This document shows positions 35,387 through 44,641 of a DNA stretch of 64,000 bases, one piece after another. The DNA comes from a virus, in the IMG/VR virus record IMGVR_UViG_3300028585_000003, positions 3,302 through 67,301 of that record, one strand, 5' to 3'. Position 1 is the stretch's first letter. Each line of letters opens with the position of its first letter. Both the position numbers and the translations under genes were made by a program. The notes below the pieces were generated by a model. The model was not told the DNA's origin. It searched no databases and saw only the letters and a list, made by a program, of their open reading frames with translations.

Positions 35387-35860
35387 TTACCGGCAACGCG
35401 CGAGCGCTGGGTGGTCCGGGTCTACGCCGTTCGCCTCGGCCATCGCACGGTAACTGTCGTGCAGCTCATGCCCGCCGTCGGTGATCGAGTCGAAGTCCCG
35501 TTCGCCCTTGATGTAAAACGCCCGGCTCGCCCAGTTGTGATCTGCGCCTCGCATCAGGAACCCGGCGCACGTCGCGGGCTTCTCTTGGCCGGATTCGTGG
35601 CAGGCAAATTCGTGCTCGGACCCATCGTAGGCGGTGCGCGCCGACGCGACGAAAGCACCAGCAGGAAATGCGCCGGTCTGATCTACGCGCCAGGGGCACC
35701 CGCCGCACGGCTCGCGGCGATGCAGACTGCCGCCGCCCTCGACAGAAACAACTTGGTGGTTCGCGTCCACCGTTCGCACATTGGTGATGACCGCGCGCTT
35801 ACGCGGCTTCTTCGCTGTCTCGCACAGGACAGCCTTGCCTTGCTCATCCGATCTGCACAT
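35387..35860 (-). CDS. Cys/His-rich DUF6283-like protein
   Basis: PCGGCPWRVD...FACHES...CAGFL. Confidence 0.6.
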   Translation of the reverse strand: MCRSDEQGKAVLCETAKKPRKRAVITNVRTVDANHQVVSVEGGGSLHRREPCGGCPWRVDQTGAFPAGAFVASARTAYDGSEHEFACHESGQEKPATCAGFLMRGADHNWASRAFYIKGERDFDSITDGGHELHDSYRAMAEANGVDPDHPALARCR

Positions 35861-36336
35861 TATTCGCCTCGCGTGTCGAAGAACTCGACGTTCTTGTGGT
35901 TGCTGATCCCGTCCAGAACGCAGCGTGTGATGAAGTAGAAATTGCGGCCCCGGTCGTAAATGACTTCCTCGGTGTCCGTGCCGGAATTCAGGATCGTCTT
36001 GGCGCGCTGGGAGTACGGCTTGTCGCCGATGGTGAAGCGGAGCTTGTCGCCCGGCCATACCTGTCCTGCCTTGGTGACGGGTCGCCACTGGCCCACGTCG
36101 AGGAACTGCACCATAGTAGCGTGCGGCACGATCACGCTGCCGTCGGGCAGCTCGACCACGGCGCACAGGCCATGCACTACTTCGGTCGGCCCTTCGGTGC
36201 TGTCGGTGCCGAGCGCCAGCAGCATCCCGCGCGCGTGCAGCACCTCGCGCTCGTAAGTGTGAAGGCCGCCGCCCTCTTTCGGCGTGGCGACGATGTGAAA
36301 GACGCGCACCGGGCGCGGAAGCTGGCGCGGGGTCAT
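35860..36336 (-). CDS. Hypothetical protein
   Basis: TAATG overlap coupling. Confidence 0.55.
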   Translation of the reverse strand: MTPRQLPRPVRVFHIVATPKEGGGLHTYEREVLHARGMLLALGTDSTEGPTEVVHGLCAVVELPDGSVIVPHATMVQFLDVGQWRPVTKAGQVWPGDKLRFTIGDKPYSQRAKTILNSGTDTEEVIYDRGRNFYFITRCVLDGISNHKNVEFFDTRGE

Positions 36337-36650
36337 TGCGAATCCTGGCTGCGGCGAGCCCACCAGACGGCCGGGCCGCCCTCGGTGTCGTCAATGGCGA
36401 GCATGAACCAGCCTTCGCCATCTGGTGGCGCTGGGTTCCAGGTAGCAAAGCGGCCCGTTTCCTCGTATTCGGCGTGCGCCGGGCAGTCCTCATCCTCGGT
36501 GTCCAGAAAGCTGTAGAGCATTTTCAGCCCTTGTTGCTTGGCCCATTCGTGGTACTTGTGCGCCTCTCCCTCATCGAACTGGGGCATATCGGGGTGGTTC
36601 CATACGCCGTTGGCGTCGCGCTGCACAGTGGCGGCTTGAATCAGTTTCAT
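36333..36650 (-). CDS. Acidic hypothetical phage protein
   Basis: WNPAPPDGEGWFMLAIDDTEGGP. Confidence 0.6.
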   Translation of the reverse strand: MKLIQAATVQRDANGVWNHPDMPQFDEGEAHKYHEWAKQQGLKMLYSFLDTEDEDCPAHAEYEETGRFATWNPAPPDGEGWFMLAIDDTEGGPAVWWARRSQDSQ

Positions 36651-36659
36651 GCTGTGTCC

Positions 36660-37250
36660 TTATACGGGGATTTTCGGAGATTCTATGCGCAGCCAGTGGC
36701 CGCCGTACACGTCGCACATGATGGCTTGGCCGGTGTACGACTGGTTCATGGGCACGAAGCATTTTTTCGCCGTGCCGCTGTACAGCAGATCAAGTACGGT
36801 CGGGGCGCTGTCGGCGTCGCCGCTCCAATGCCAGTATTCGCCCTGTTCGGTCGGTGGCGTCGTCGTCCAGGCGTGCGCTGCGCGCGGCGCGCGAGGCGTG
36901 TACGGGCCGTAGGGGCGTCCGTGCTGGCGCGCCACCTCGGAAACCTTGGCGCGGTCGCGCTCCCAATAGATGACGTTGCCGCTGGCCGCCAGCACCGCCC
37001 AGGCTTCGCCCTCGAACGGCTCGGGCGGGATCGGCGTCACGCACTCCAGGTCGTAGCAGCCGCTCACGCCGTCGATCCAGACCACAGCGGTGTGGCCGCC
37101 CATGACTTGCGCCAGGCTGCGCGTGGTGGTGATGAAGGGCTTGTCTTTGCCGTCCAGCTTGACGGCAACGCGAGCGCCCGGCTCATAGTCGAAGTTGAAG
37201 GCATCGCACGCCGCTTGCAGCGCAGCCACGGATGGCGCTTTGTGGTTCAT
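36660..37250 (-). CDS. Mosaic hypothetical phage protein
   Basis: TTRSLAQVMGGHTAVVWIDGVSGCY domain plus PPTEQGEYW domain. Confidence 0.55.
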   Translation of the reverse strand: MNHKAPSVAALQAACDAFNFDYEPGARVAVKLDGKDKPFITTTRSLAQVMGGHTAVVWIDGVSGCYDLECVTPIPPEPFEGEAWAVLAASGNVIYWERDRAKVSEVARQHGRPYGPYTPRAPRAAHAWTTTPPTEQGEYWHWSGDADSAPTVLDLLYSGTAKKCFVPMNQSYTGQAIMCDVYGGHWLRIESPKIPV

Positions 37251-37810
37251 GGTGCTGGTTCCTCTTGTGGCCCTTTGGCCTCTTGGTGGTGGTCGAAATA
37301 TGCTTGCAGCCGGGTCAGGTCGGCGCGCATGCGCAGCAGGTCCGCGCGCCATACCAGCGCCATCTGGTCAGGGACCGGCGCGGGCTGTTGCAGGGCGCAC
37401 GCGGCGCGGATTCGTTCGTAGGATGCGGCCTTGGCCTCGGGGCCAGGGTTTGCGAACGGGGCCAGCCCTTCCGGCTTGGTGAACAGCGCGACGTGCTGCT
37501 TTCCCCGAGCGATCCACCCGTATTTGATGAGGTAGCTGCGGGTGTCGCAGTAAGCGCCGTTTGGGTGCCGGGCCAGTGGGATTTTGTCGGCGCGTACCGG
37601 GTCGCGCGCCCAGCGCTCGAACAGGTACGTTTCATCGCGCGGCACCTGGGCGGCCAGCGGCAGCTCGAACGTCATGGCCTGTTCGATCAGCAGCGCGCCG
37701 CTGTCAATGGTGCCGGTGATGGCGAACGGGTGGCCGGTGCCGAGGTCGGCGCGCACCTCGAAGCCTGCGCCCCGGAATGCGTCAATCACGTCTTGAACGA
37801 TGGTGGTCAT
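37247..37810 (-). CDS. Hypothetical protein
   Basis: 187-aa ORF, overlap coupling. Confidence 0.55.
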   Translation of the reverse strand: MTTIVQDVIDAFRGAGFEVRADLGTGHPFAITGTIDSGALLIEQAMTFELPLAAQVPRDETYLFERWARDPVRADKIPLARHPNGAYCDTRSYLIKYGWIARGKQHVALFTKPEGLAPFANPGPEAKAASYERIRAACALQQPAPVPDQMALVWRADLLRMRADLTRLQAYFDHHQEAKGPQEEPAP

Positions 37811-37854
37811 GGTGGTGCTTTGGTGGATGCGCCCGCCGTGGCGGGCATGGGTGA

Positions 37855-38082
37855 TTACTTATCGCGACGGAAGCGGCGGTGGGTGAACTGCGCAGCAATG
37901 CGGACCATCGTGCGCGCCAGATCAGGCGGCATGTGCTCGCCCAGGACGACGCGCTGCCATTTGATCGCGACATAGAGGCCGTGGCGATGCTGGCGAACGT
38001 CATACTTCTGGTCATGCTTTTGGCTCAGGCGCTTCATGGTTGCAAGGCGTTTCGCCTGGACCTTCTCTTGAGTCGCTTTCAT
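37855..38082 (-). CDS. Small basic protein
   Basis: GGAGA RBS; first gene after promoter 38161. Confidence 0.55.
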   Translation of the reverse strand: MKATQEKVQAKRLATMKRLSQKHDQKYDVRQHRHGLYVAIKWQRVVLGEHMPPDLARTMVRIAAQFTHRRFRRDK

Positions 38083-38131
38083 CGGATTCTCCGTTGTTCG
38101 CCGCGCCCACTGCGCCGCGCTAATGAATCGT

Positions 38132-38161
38132 ATTGTATGCGCTCATAAAGTGATCCGTCAA
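38132..38161 (-). promoter_or_regulatory. sigma70 promoter with TGAGCGCA spacer motif
   Basis: TTGACG-18-TACAAT. Confidence 0.75.
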
Positions 38162-38194
38162 TAGGTGCCGCGCACGCGGCGCGGCACCCTGTCC

Positions 38195-38773
38195 TTACGC
38201 CTTGGCGAAGTCGGGCGCAGGCAGCGCCGACGTTGCCGCGTACTTGCGGATCAGCACATAGGTCAGCACGATCCCGCCCACCAGCGCCAGCACGACCAGC
38301 ATCACCGCCAGCAGGATCAGGCTTGCCTTCGGGTCGTCGCTGTCGAACAGCTCGCTTACGCCCTTCCAGGCGTCACCGATGCCGTCGATTGCGCTGTACA
38401 TATTGTGGAGCTGGGCGAACGTGTTGTAACCGGCTACGCCCATGTTCAACAGGCTGCGCTCGCGGAATGCGACGATCCAGGAATGGACCGTGATGACAAG
38501 GCCGGTGCCCAGGGCGGGCACGATGATGAGCAGATACCAGAGCGACACGGCCGCCTTGGCGACGTGCGGCGGCAGGTAGCCGAACGTGTGTGCGATGAAG
38601 CCGACAGCGAAGCCCACGACGCTGGAGAAGCCGATTGCAGCCTGGATCGCGCCGGACCACGCCAGCAGCCGTGGGAAGCCGCCCAGTGCGCGCGCCTCGC
38701 GCCAGATACGGCCTACAGCCCAGCAGTTCGCCCAGCTAATCGCGAAGTTCAACAGGAGAATGAGGTAGAGCAT
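38195..38773 (-). CDS. Polytopic inner-membrane protein (about 4-5 TM)
   Basis: Multiple long hydrophobic helices. Confidence 0.7.
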   Translation of the reverse strand: MLYLILLLNFAISWANCWAVGRIWREARALGGFPRLLAWSGAIQAAIGFSSVVGFAVGFIAHTFGYLPPHVAKAAVSLWYLLIIVPALGTGLVITVHSWIVAFRERSLLNMGVAGYNTFAQLHNMYSAIDGIGDAWKGVSELFDSDDPKASLILLAVMLVVLALVGGIVLTYVLIRKYAATSALPAPDFAKA

Positions 38774-38820
38774 TTATTGCCTTTATATAAATGCCGCGCG
38801 GATCGGGGCGCGGCTACCCG

Positions 38821-39210
38821 TTAAATCTTTCGGTAAAGCAGCTTCATCAGCGGGTCGGCCTTGAGGCGGTGGCCCTGCCCTTTCCGGCGTCTGTACTTCG
38901 CGCCGGACTTGCGCATATCGGCCAGATAGTCCTCATACAGCCCGGCGTCCTTCAAGCCCTGCCGGTATCTCGCTGCTAGTTGGGCTTGTGTCCAGGGTTT
39001 CGGGCGGCGCGCATCCCGGCCAGGGCCGCGCACGTACACGGCCACATAGTCCCTGCCGTTGCGATTCCATTGGCCCACGCGCAGCTCTCCCGCCTTGCGC
39101 AGCCGGGTGATCCACTTGTGAAGCGTTGAGGTCGAGCGAATGTCGAGCTGGGCCAGCAGCTCGCGCGACGTGGCGGGCACCAGCTCCAGGATGCGCTCGC
39201 CGGTTGTCAC
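38821..39210 (-). CDS. wHTH DNA-binding-like protein
   Basis: TSRELLAQLDIRSTSTLHKWITRLRKAGELRV; GTG start at overlap. Confidence 0.5.
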   Translation of the reverse strand: MTTGERILELVPATSRELLAQLDIRSTSTLHKWITRLRKAGELRVGQWNRNGRDYVAVYVRGPGRDARRPKPWTQAQLAARYRQGLKDAGLYEDYLADMRKSGAKYRRRKGQGHRLKADPLMKLLYRKI

Positions 39211-39599
39211 GGCAGGCAGTACGGCGAGCCGCCGCAGTTCATGTGGTCGTAGCGGTCGAATTCTTCGGCCAACCCGTACCATTGCCGCTCGCTTTCGCAG
39301 TGGCGACAGGTGTACGTCAGGGTTCCGTCGGGGTCGCGATACAGGCCGTCGGGCAGCTCGTCGTCTTCATCGTCCTGGTCGCGCATCCATTCCGCGTGTT
39401 CGGCCGGATTGCAGTGCTCGCATGGCTGGCGCGCGGTGGTCGGGTCGTGGCCGTCGGCGTCCATATCGCTCATGTAGCCGTCGGTACACATCAGGTCGGG
39501 ATAGCTGGTGGTGCCGCTGTAGCCCTGCCGGAAGCAGCCATCAGGGATTGGCACCGAGCGGACGTGTCGGCGGTACTGGCGGCGCTGGTAGGCGTTCAA
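39207..39599 (-). CDS. Acidic Cys-rich small protein
   Basis: CEHC, CRHC, CGGSPYCLP; DQDDEDDE tract. Confidence 0.6.
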   Translation of the reverse strand: MNAYQRRQYRRHVRSVPIPDGCFRQGYSGTTSYPDLMCTDGYMSDMDADGHDPTTARQPCEHCNPAEHAEWMRDQDDEDDELPDGLYRDPDGTLTYTCRHCESERQWYGLAEEFDRYDHMNCGGSPYCLP

Positions 39600-40003
39600 T
39601 CCGGCTCTCCTGCATCGTCAGCACGTTCGCAGGCAAAGCCGATGGCGCTTTCCACCTTGCCGCCCATCGTGTCGCCGCTGAATTCGTCGTGCCGGGTGCC
39701 GTCCTCGTCGTACAGGGCCACGTCACCGCAGCCGCGCTCGACCTCGACGCGCAGTTCCCAGCCTTCGGGCAGCTCGCCAGCAGCGCGTTCGAGGGCCGCG
39801 CCCAGCGCCATATCGCGCTTGACGGTAGGCGTGGCAACGATCAGGCCGTCACGGCGTACTTGCGCGATCAGGTCCGCGAGGCGCGCCTGTTTGGCCGCGC
39901 CAGCTTCGCCGTTCAGCAGCACGTCCAGCTCGCGCACCATCGCGCGATGGCTCGCCAGAATTTCTTCGTACACCGCAGGAGTCGTAGACAAGTCCATGCT
40001 CAT
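39596..40003 (-). CDS. Hypothetical phage protein
   Basis: SHRAMVRELDVLLNGE and AAGELPEGWEL modules. Confidence 0.6.
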   Translation of the reverse strand: MSMDLSTTPAVYEEILASHRAMVRELDVLLNGEAGAAKQARLADLIAQVRRDGLIVATPTVKRDMALGAALERAAGELPEGWELRVEVERGCGDVALYDEDGTRHDEFSGDTMGGKVESAIGFACERADDAGEPD

Positions 40004-40098
40004 TTGCGCTTATTGGCCCAGCAGATGCCGAGGGTGATGATGACGATTGCGGCGATGTAGGCGAGGTCAATGACCTCTTTTCCGGTCAGTTGCGGCAT
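40000..40098 (-). CDS. 32-aa single-TM peptide
   Basis: LAYIAAIVIITLGICW plus basic tail; AGGAGA RBS; not in ORF track. Confidence 0.45.
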   Translation of the reverse strand: MPQLTGKEVIDLAYIAAIVIITLGICWANKRK

Positions 40099-40217
40099 GG
40101 TTCTTCTCCTGCGGCCGGTGCGGCCTGCTGTGGTGCGTTGGCGGCGTGCCAGTCGGCGACGCTCGGGGATTCTTCGTATGGCAGCGGGATCGGCCGCGCT
40201 TTAATGTCTTCGTCCAT
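40086..40217 (-). CDS. Small acidic peptide
   Basis: AAGGAA RBS before MDEDIK. Confidence 0.4.
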   Translation of the reverse strand: MDEDIKARPIPLPYEESPSVADWHAANAPQQAAPAAGEEPCRN

Positions 40218-40230
40218 GGGTTCCTTGAGG

Positions 40231-40479
40231 TTAGAAGTAGCCGCCTCGGGTGTCGTGGGCCGTGTCGGCGCGCTGGCGGCATTCGATATTGCAAAAGTGA
40301 AGCGTGACGGGCTCACTGGGGGCGCGGCCGCTGTAGCGGCCGTAGCGGCTCGATGAGGCGGTTCCGTAAATCGGGCGCTTGACCGACGTTTCCGGGTCCA
40401 CCGGCTTGAAACAGCCGCCACAAGTCGGCGCTTTTGCTGGTGCTGGCGCTGTCGCCTGCACGCTGGTGCTGCTAGTCAT
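40231..40479 (-). CDS. Small Zn-finger protein
   Basis: CGGC...FCNIEC; AGGAA RBS. Confidence 0.55.
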   Translation of the reverse strand: MTSSTSVQATAPAPAKAPTCGGCFKPVDPETSVKRPIYGTASSSRYGRYSGRAPSEPVTLHFCNIECRQRADTAHDTRGGYF

Positions 40480-40513
40480 TGCAGTTCCTATATTTCTACT
40501 GGTAAATATAGGT

Positions 40514-40542
40514 ATGCTAATTGAAATATGGGTTAGCGGCAA
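40514..40542 (-). promoter_or_regulatory. sigma70 promoter overlapped by CI-type operator (ATAGGTATGCTAAT, 40508-40521)
   Basis: TTGCCG-17-TAGCAT. Confidence 0.55.
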
Positions 40543-40564
40543 TAGTGAAGCCTATAAATGGGCG

Positions 40565-40607
40565 TAGGAAAAGCCCGAAAAATGGCTTTGTGACCGGCCA
40601 GTAACAT
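40565..40607 (+). promoter_or_regulatory. Candidate late promoter TAGGAAAA-N29-TAACAT
   Basis: Immediately upstream of baseplate operon. Confidence 0.65.
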
Positions 40608-40613
40608 CGCGGA

Positions 40614-40907
40614 ATGGACAAAATTAACGCTACCGACTTGCAGGGCATGGTGACGCACTGGGTTTCGACGCCGCCGAATGGCTACCTCGGCAGCGGCTAC
40701 GGTGCGGATACGCTCGCGATGCTGCAAAACCCGATGAAAACCGGCATTGCCGATGGCTACCTGAAAAAACTGCGCGCCGACGTGCCCTTGGTGGGCGCGT
40801 TGCCGCCTGCGGCCGTCAATATCTACGCGCAGGACACTTCCCCGGACAAGCGGGAAATCTTCATCGACGTATCCGGCCAGATGGTCGCCCTTGGGAGTAA
40901 CACGTAA
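40614..40907 (+). CDS. Baseplate wedge protein (gp25/gpW-like, P1 gp26-like)
   Basis: HWVSTPPNGYLGSGYG; precedes baseplate J-like gene. Confidence 0.6.
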   Translation: MDKINATDLQGMVTHWVSTPPNGYLGSGYGADTLAMLQNPMKTGIADGYLKKLRADVPLVGALPPAAVNIYAQDTSPDKREIFIDVSGQMVALGSNT

Positions 40908-42340
40908 TGGCATATAGCCGCGAAGATTTCATGGCCGCGATGGTGGCTGAAATTTCAAACTACCCGCTGGCGGCCCAGTTCTACCAGGCAGGCGACCCGC
41001 GCATGCTCGCGCAGCTCGGCGCGAATGCCGCCATGCTCGCGCTGGTATCGGTTCAGGTGGACAACGCCAGCATGGAGCCGTTCATCAAGGCGCGCGACAC
41101 GACCGTGCTGGCCGACGCGACATTGAAGGGCATTTTGCCGTTCGCGCGCCCTGCCCGCGTCACCTTGGCGGTCGAAAACGTCGATCCGGTCAACCGCTTG
41201 ACCATTTCCATTGGCCGCCGCCTGATCGGCGAGCAGGGCCGCGTGTACGTCGCGGAAACCGGCGTCGTGGTCGAGCCGGGCAAGTCCGGCACGGTCGCGG
41301 CGCGCCAGATGACGACGCGCACCTTCCGGCATACGGTGGCCGGGTCCGTTCCCTTCTATGCTGTCCAGATTCCGCAGCCCATGGACGACGAGCTGGAAAT
41401 CAGCGGCGTGCTGGTGTCCATCGGCGGCGTGTCCTACCCGTACACGCCCGAGTTCTCGAACCTCGCCGCAAATGAACCCGGCTTCGTGCTGGAAACCGAC
41501 GAGCAGCGCCGTCTGTTCGCCAAATTCGGGTGGAAAGACACGTTCGGCGTGCAGCCCGCCAACGGTACGGCCATCGACTTCATCATTGAAGAAACCTACG
41601 GCGTGTCCCGGCTCACGGCCGCGCAGCCGTTCACGTTCGAGAGCGCCACCCTGCCCGCTGACCAGAGCGCGAAAATCACGCTGGCATCCGTCGTATTCGT
41701 CGGCGCGGACCCGGTGGACATTCAAACCATGCGCGAATGGGCGCAGTATCCGAGCACCTACGATGCGTCGGCCGTCTACCTGGGCAACTTCGATTTTCTG
41801 GTGCGCCGCAACCTGCCGAATATCCGCTTCCTGTCGATCTGGAATGAGCAGATCGAGGAATCAGTGCGCGGGGCCAGCGTCAGGAACATCAACAGCCTGT
41901 TCGTGGCCGCCGCCATCGACGGCGCAACGCCGCAGTGGATCAAATCGACCATCGCCAACATCATCACCAGCGCGGACGACTCCTACCGCATCCAGTTTGT
42001 GCCGCTGGTCGAAGTGCCAGTGGCGATCACGGTCAGCGCCCAGGTGTCTATCGTCCACGACCCGGACGACGTAAAGGCCAAGATCAAGTCGAAGCTGCTG
42101 GAGCTGTACGGCCGCGATGCTGCCGCAGTCAAGCAGGGCATGATGAAGCCGAACCACAAGCGCATCTACGACGGCCTGCGCGACGCCATCCCGGCGCTCC
42201 AGGACGCGGCCAGCGATATGCAAATCTCGATCCCGGCACCGGGCGCGATCCTGCCCGAGCACTACCGCTACATGACCGAGGCATCCATGGATATCACGGT
42301 CACGCAGTCCACCTACAACGCCGGTTTGTTCAGCCACTAA
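40907..42340 (+). CDS. bplA: Baseplate J-like protein (P1 BplA-like)
   Basis: EPFIKARDTTVLADA, FGVQPANG, YDASAVYLGNFDFLVR. Confidence 0.65.
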   Translation: MAYSREDFMAAMVAEISNYPLAAQFYQAGDPRMLAQLGANAAMLALVSVQVDNASMEPFIKARDTTVLADATLKGILPFARPARVTLAVENVDPVNRLTISIGRRLIGEQGRVYVAETGVVVEPGKSGTVAARQMTTRTFRHTVAGSVPFYAVQIPQPMDDELEISGVLVSIGGVSYPYTPEFSNLAANEPGFVLETDEQRRLFAKFGWKDTFGVQPANGTAIDFIIEETYGVSRLTAAQPFTFESATLPADQSAKITLASVVFVGADPVDIQTMREWAQYPSTYDASAVYLGNFDFLVRRNLPNIRFLSIWNEQIEESVRGASVRNINSLFVAAAIDGATPQWIKSTIANIITSADDSYRIQFVPLVEVPVAITVSAQVSIVHDPDDVKAKIKSKLLELYGRDAAAVKQGMMKPNHKRIYDGLRDAIPALQDAASDMQISIPAPGAILPEHYRYMTEASMDITVTQSTYNAGLFSH

Positions 42341-42343
42341 GCT

Positions 42344-43780
42344 ATGTCCAACCTGATTCCAGTCCCAGCGCCAGCGCTTCAACCGCTGGCGCACAGCCAC
42401 GAAGCGACCCAGCTCGAAGCCGAAATGAAGGCGGCCTTCATGGCCGTGTTCGAGAAGATGATTCGCCCGCGTGAGCGCAACCTGAACCTGTACGGCATGG
42501 CGCACCTGGGCGGCGACGACCTGATGGCGAGCGCCCTGAAATCCGACGGCATCGCCATGGTCAAGCGCAGCTCGACCCGGATGCAGTTCTTGATGAAGGC
42601 CAGCCGCTCGCGCAATCCACGGCGCGGCCTGCTGTTCATCAAAAAGTACCTGCAAGCGATCTGGCCCAACATCTGGCAAGCCGAGCCGCTTTGGCTGCGC
42701 ATCGACAACACGGCGAACTACCCGGCCCAGGCGATCCCGCTCAATTCCGCTGTGCCTATCTTCGGCAGCGTTACCGGCGACTATACGGACGGTAGCGGCC
42801 TGCCGGTCCTGAATCTGACCGATGAGGCCGGGCGCTTCCCGCTCAGCCCGATTGAGCGCGTCAACTACGTCTCCAACAACTCGTCCATGCAGTTTGCAGC
42901 GGTGGGCCTGCCCGGTGACGATCAGGCGATGGGCAACTGGGGCTACTGGCCGGGCGGCTGGTGGTATCGCCAGGGCGACGCCGGGACGCGGTTTCAGATC
43001 GTCGCCAAGGGCGAGGCCGACGGCATGCCCTACATCGACGTGCGGTTCACCGGCAGGCCATGGCAGGGCGGGCGCACGGCGGGCTCGATCTACTTCGCCG
43101 GGCCTTCCGAAGTGACGATGGCGCGCGGCCAGCAGTGGACCGGCAGCGCGTATGTCTCGCTCATCGCCGGATCACTGGCAAACGTCGCCAGCATCGGCAT
43201 TGGCTACGACGAAAACAGCGCTTCGACCAACCTGGCGCGTGGGCTGGGGCAGGCGTTCACACCGACGGCCACGATGCAGCGCTACAGCATGACGCGCGAG
43301 AACTTCGATGCCGCTGGAGCGCACTTCGCTAACCACACGTTGCAATGGGCGTGCCTGGAAGCGGATAAGCCGGTCGATTTCACGCTGCGCATCGCCCTGC
43401 CGCAGATGGAGAACGGCAAGCTGGCGACGGCCCCGATCCGCACGGCGGGCACGTTCGGGCAGATCGTCACGCGCCCTGCCGATTACGCATTGAACGAGCA
43501 GACCGGCATTGCCACCTTCCGCGCCGCGCTGGGCGTGCCGCCGACGTGCGTTCGCTATTTCCTGACCGGCCGCATTCGCATCACCCTGCCGGTTTCTTCC
43601 GATAACGGCCTGGGCCTGGACGAGATAGCAAAAGCGTTCCGATCCACCCTGCCCGCACGCCTTATGCTGGAGTTCAAGCTGGGCATGGAGTTCGATACCA
43701 GCGGCCCGGATGGCCTGAAAATCGCCAACGGCGCGGCCGTCGTCATGCCCATCATGGCAACCGGCACCCTGCAACTTTAA
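42344..43780 (+). CDS. Baseplate wedge (gpI-like) protein with large central inserted beta domain
   Basis: RRGLLFIKKYLQAIWP N-part and YFLTGRIRI...LPARL C-part flank a fibre-like insert. Confidence 0.55.
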   Translation: MSNLIPVPAPALQPLAHSHEATQLEAEMKAAFMAVFEKMIRPRERNLNLYGMAHLGGDDLMASALKSDGIAMVKRSSTRMQFLMKASRSRNPRRGLLFIKKYLQAIWPNIWQAEPLWLRIDNTANYPAQAIPLNSAVPIFGSVTGDYTDGSGLPVLNLTDEAGRFPLSPIERVNYVSNNSSMQFAAVGLPGDDQAMGNWGYWPGGWWYRQGDAGTRFQIVAKGEADGMPYIDVRFTGRPWQGGRTAGSIYFAGPSEVTMARGQQWTGSAYVSLIAGSLANVASIGIGYDENSASTNLARGLGQAFTPTATMQRYSMTRENFDAAGAHFANHTLQWACLEADKPVDFTLRIALPQMENGKLATAPIRTAGTFGQIVTRPADYALNEQTGIATFRAALGVPPTCVRYFLTGRIRITLPVSSDNGLGLDEIAKAFRSTLPARLMLEFKLGMEFDTSGPDGLKIANGAAVVMPIMATGTLQL

Positions 43781-43789
43781 GAGAAGAAA

Positions 43790-44641
43790 ATGCCCGACCA
43801 GAACGACAACATCATCCGTTACAACGTCCATGAGCGCGGCCGCCACCATCGCGGCCAGGACCGGCATTTCAACCTGCCTGCGCTGGTGGCGATGGTCAAT
43901 TCTCCTGCCGTGCAGGAGCGCGTGAAGAACCGCGATATGCTGGGCTACTACGGCCACTGGCAGCGCATGCGCTTCGGCATGCTGCCGCCTGAAAACGTCA
44001 TCGTGGGCGGCAAGGTCATCCACATCGAACCGGCCACCGTCACGACCTATTTGCGCGCCGAGCCGGACGGCACCATCGAGCACCGCACCGAATTCCTCGA
44101 AACGCAATCGGGCAAGGTGGCGCGCCGCCTGGAAAAGAGCAAGGCGGGCGGGTTCTCCAGCGCCATCGACGCCACCTCGCGAAACGGCCTGTATGTGCCC
44201 AGTTCGTTCAACGGCTTCGACTACGTGCTGGAGCCGAACTACACGACCAACCGCGCATACGTGTTCGACAGCGCCCAGCCGGTCGAAGAAGGCTCGATCT
44301 TCGATTGCGTGATGGCCGACCACTACCAGAGCGCGGAGCGCATGGCGGCCCTGTACGACAGCCTGCAAGGCGATCACATGATGGCGATGCAGACCATTGC
44401 CCGCCTCATGGAAGAAAACGAGGCGCTGATGTCGGCGGCCGTCACCGGCCGAGCGCTGTTCGATTCCGTCGGCGCGCCTGCGATTGCGCCCCGGATGGTG
44501 TCGAAGAAGCCGACGGAGCACTTCGCGCGCATGAAAGCCATGTTCAAGAGCGCCGACCTGGCCCCGCTGGACAGGCTGCCGGACGAGCGCACCGATATGG
44601 TGCTCGACCATGTGCGCAGCCATTACGGAGCGCCACGATGA
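43790..44641 (+). CDS. Prohead (head-processing) protease, P1 Pro-like
   Basis: GYYGHWQR, GGFSSA, GFDYVLEPNY. Confidence 0.65.
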   Translation: MPDQNDNIIRYNVHERGRHHRGQDRHFNLPALVAMVNSPAVQERVKNRDMLGYYGHWQRMRFGMLPPENVIVGGKVIHIEPATVTTYLRAEPDGTIEHRTEFLETQSGKVARRLEKSKAGGFSSAIDATSRNGLYVPSSFNGFDYVLEPNYTTNRAYVFDSAQPVEEGSIFDCVMADHYQSAERMAALYDSLQGDHMMAMQTIARLMEENEALMSAAVTGRALFDSVGAPAIAPRMVSKKPTEHFARMKAMFKSADLAPLDRLPDERTDMVLDHVRSHYGAPR

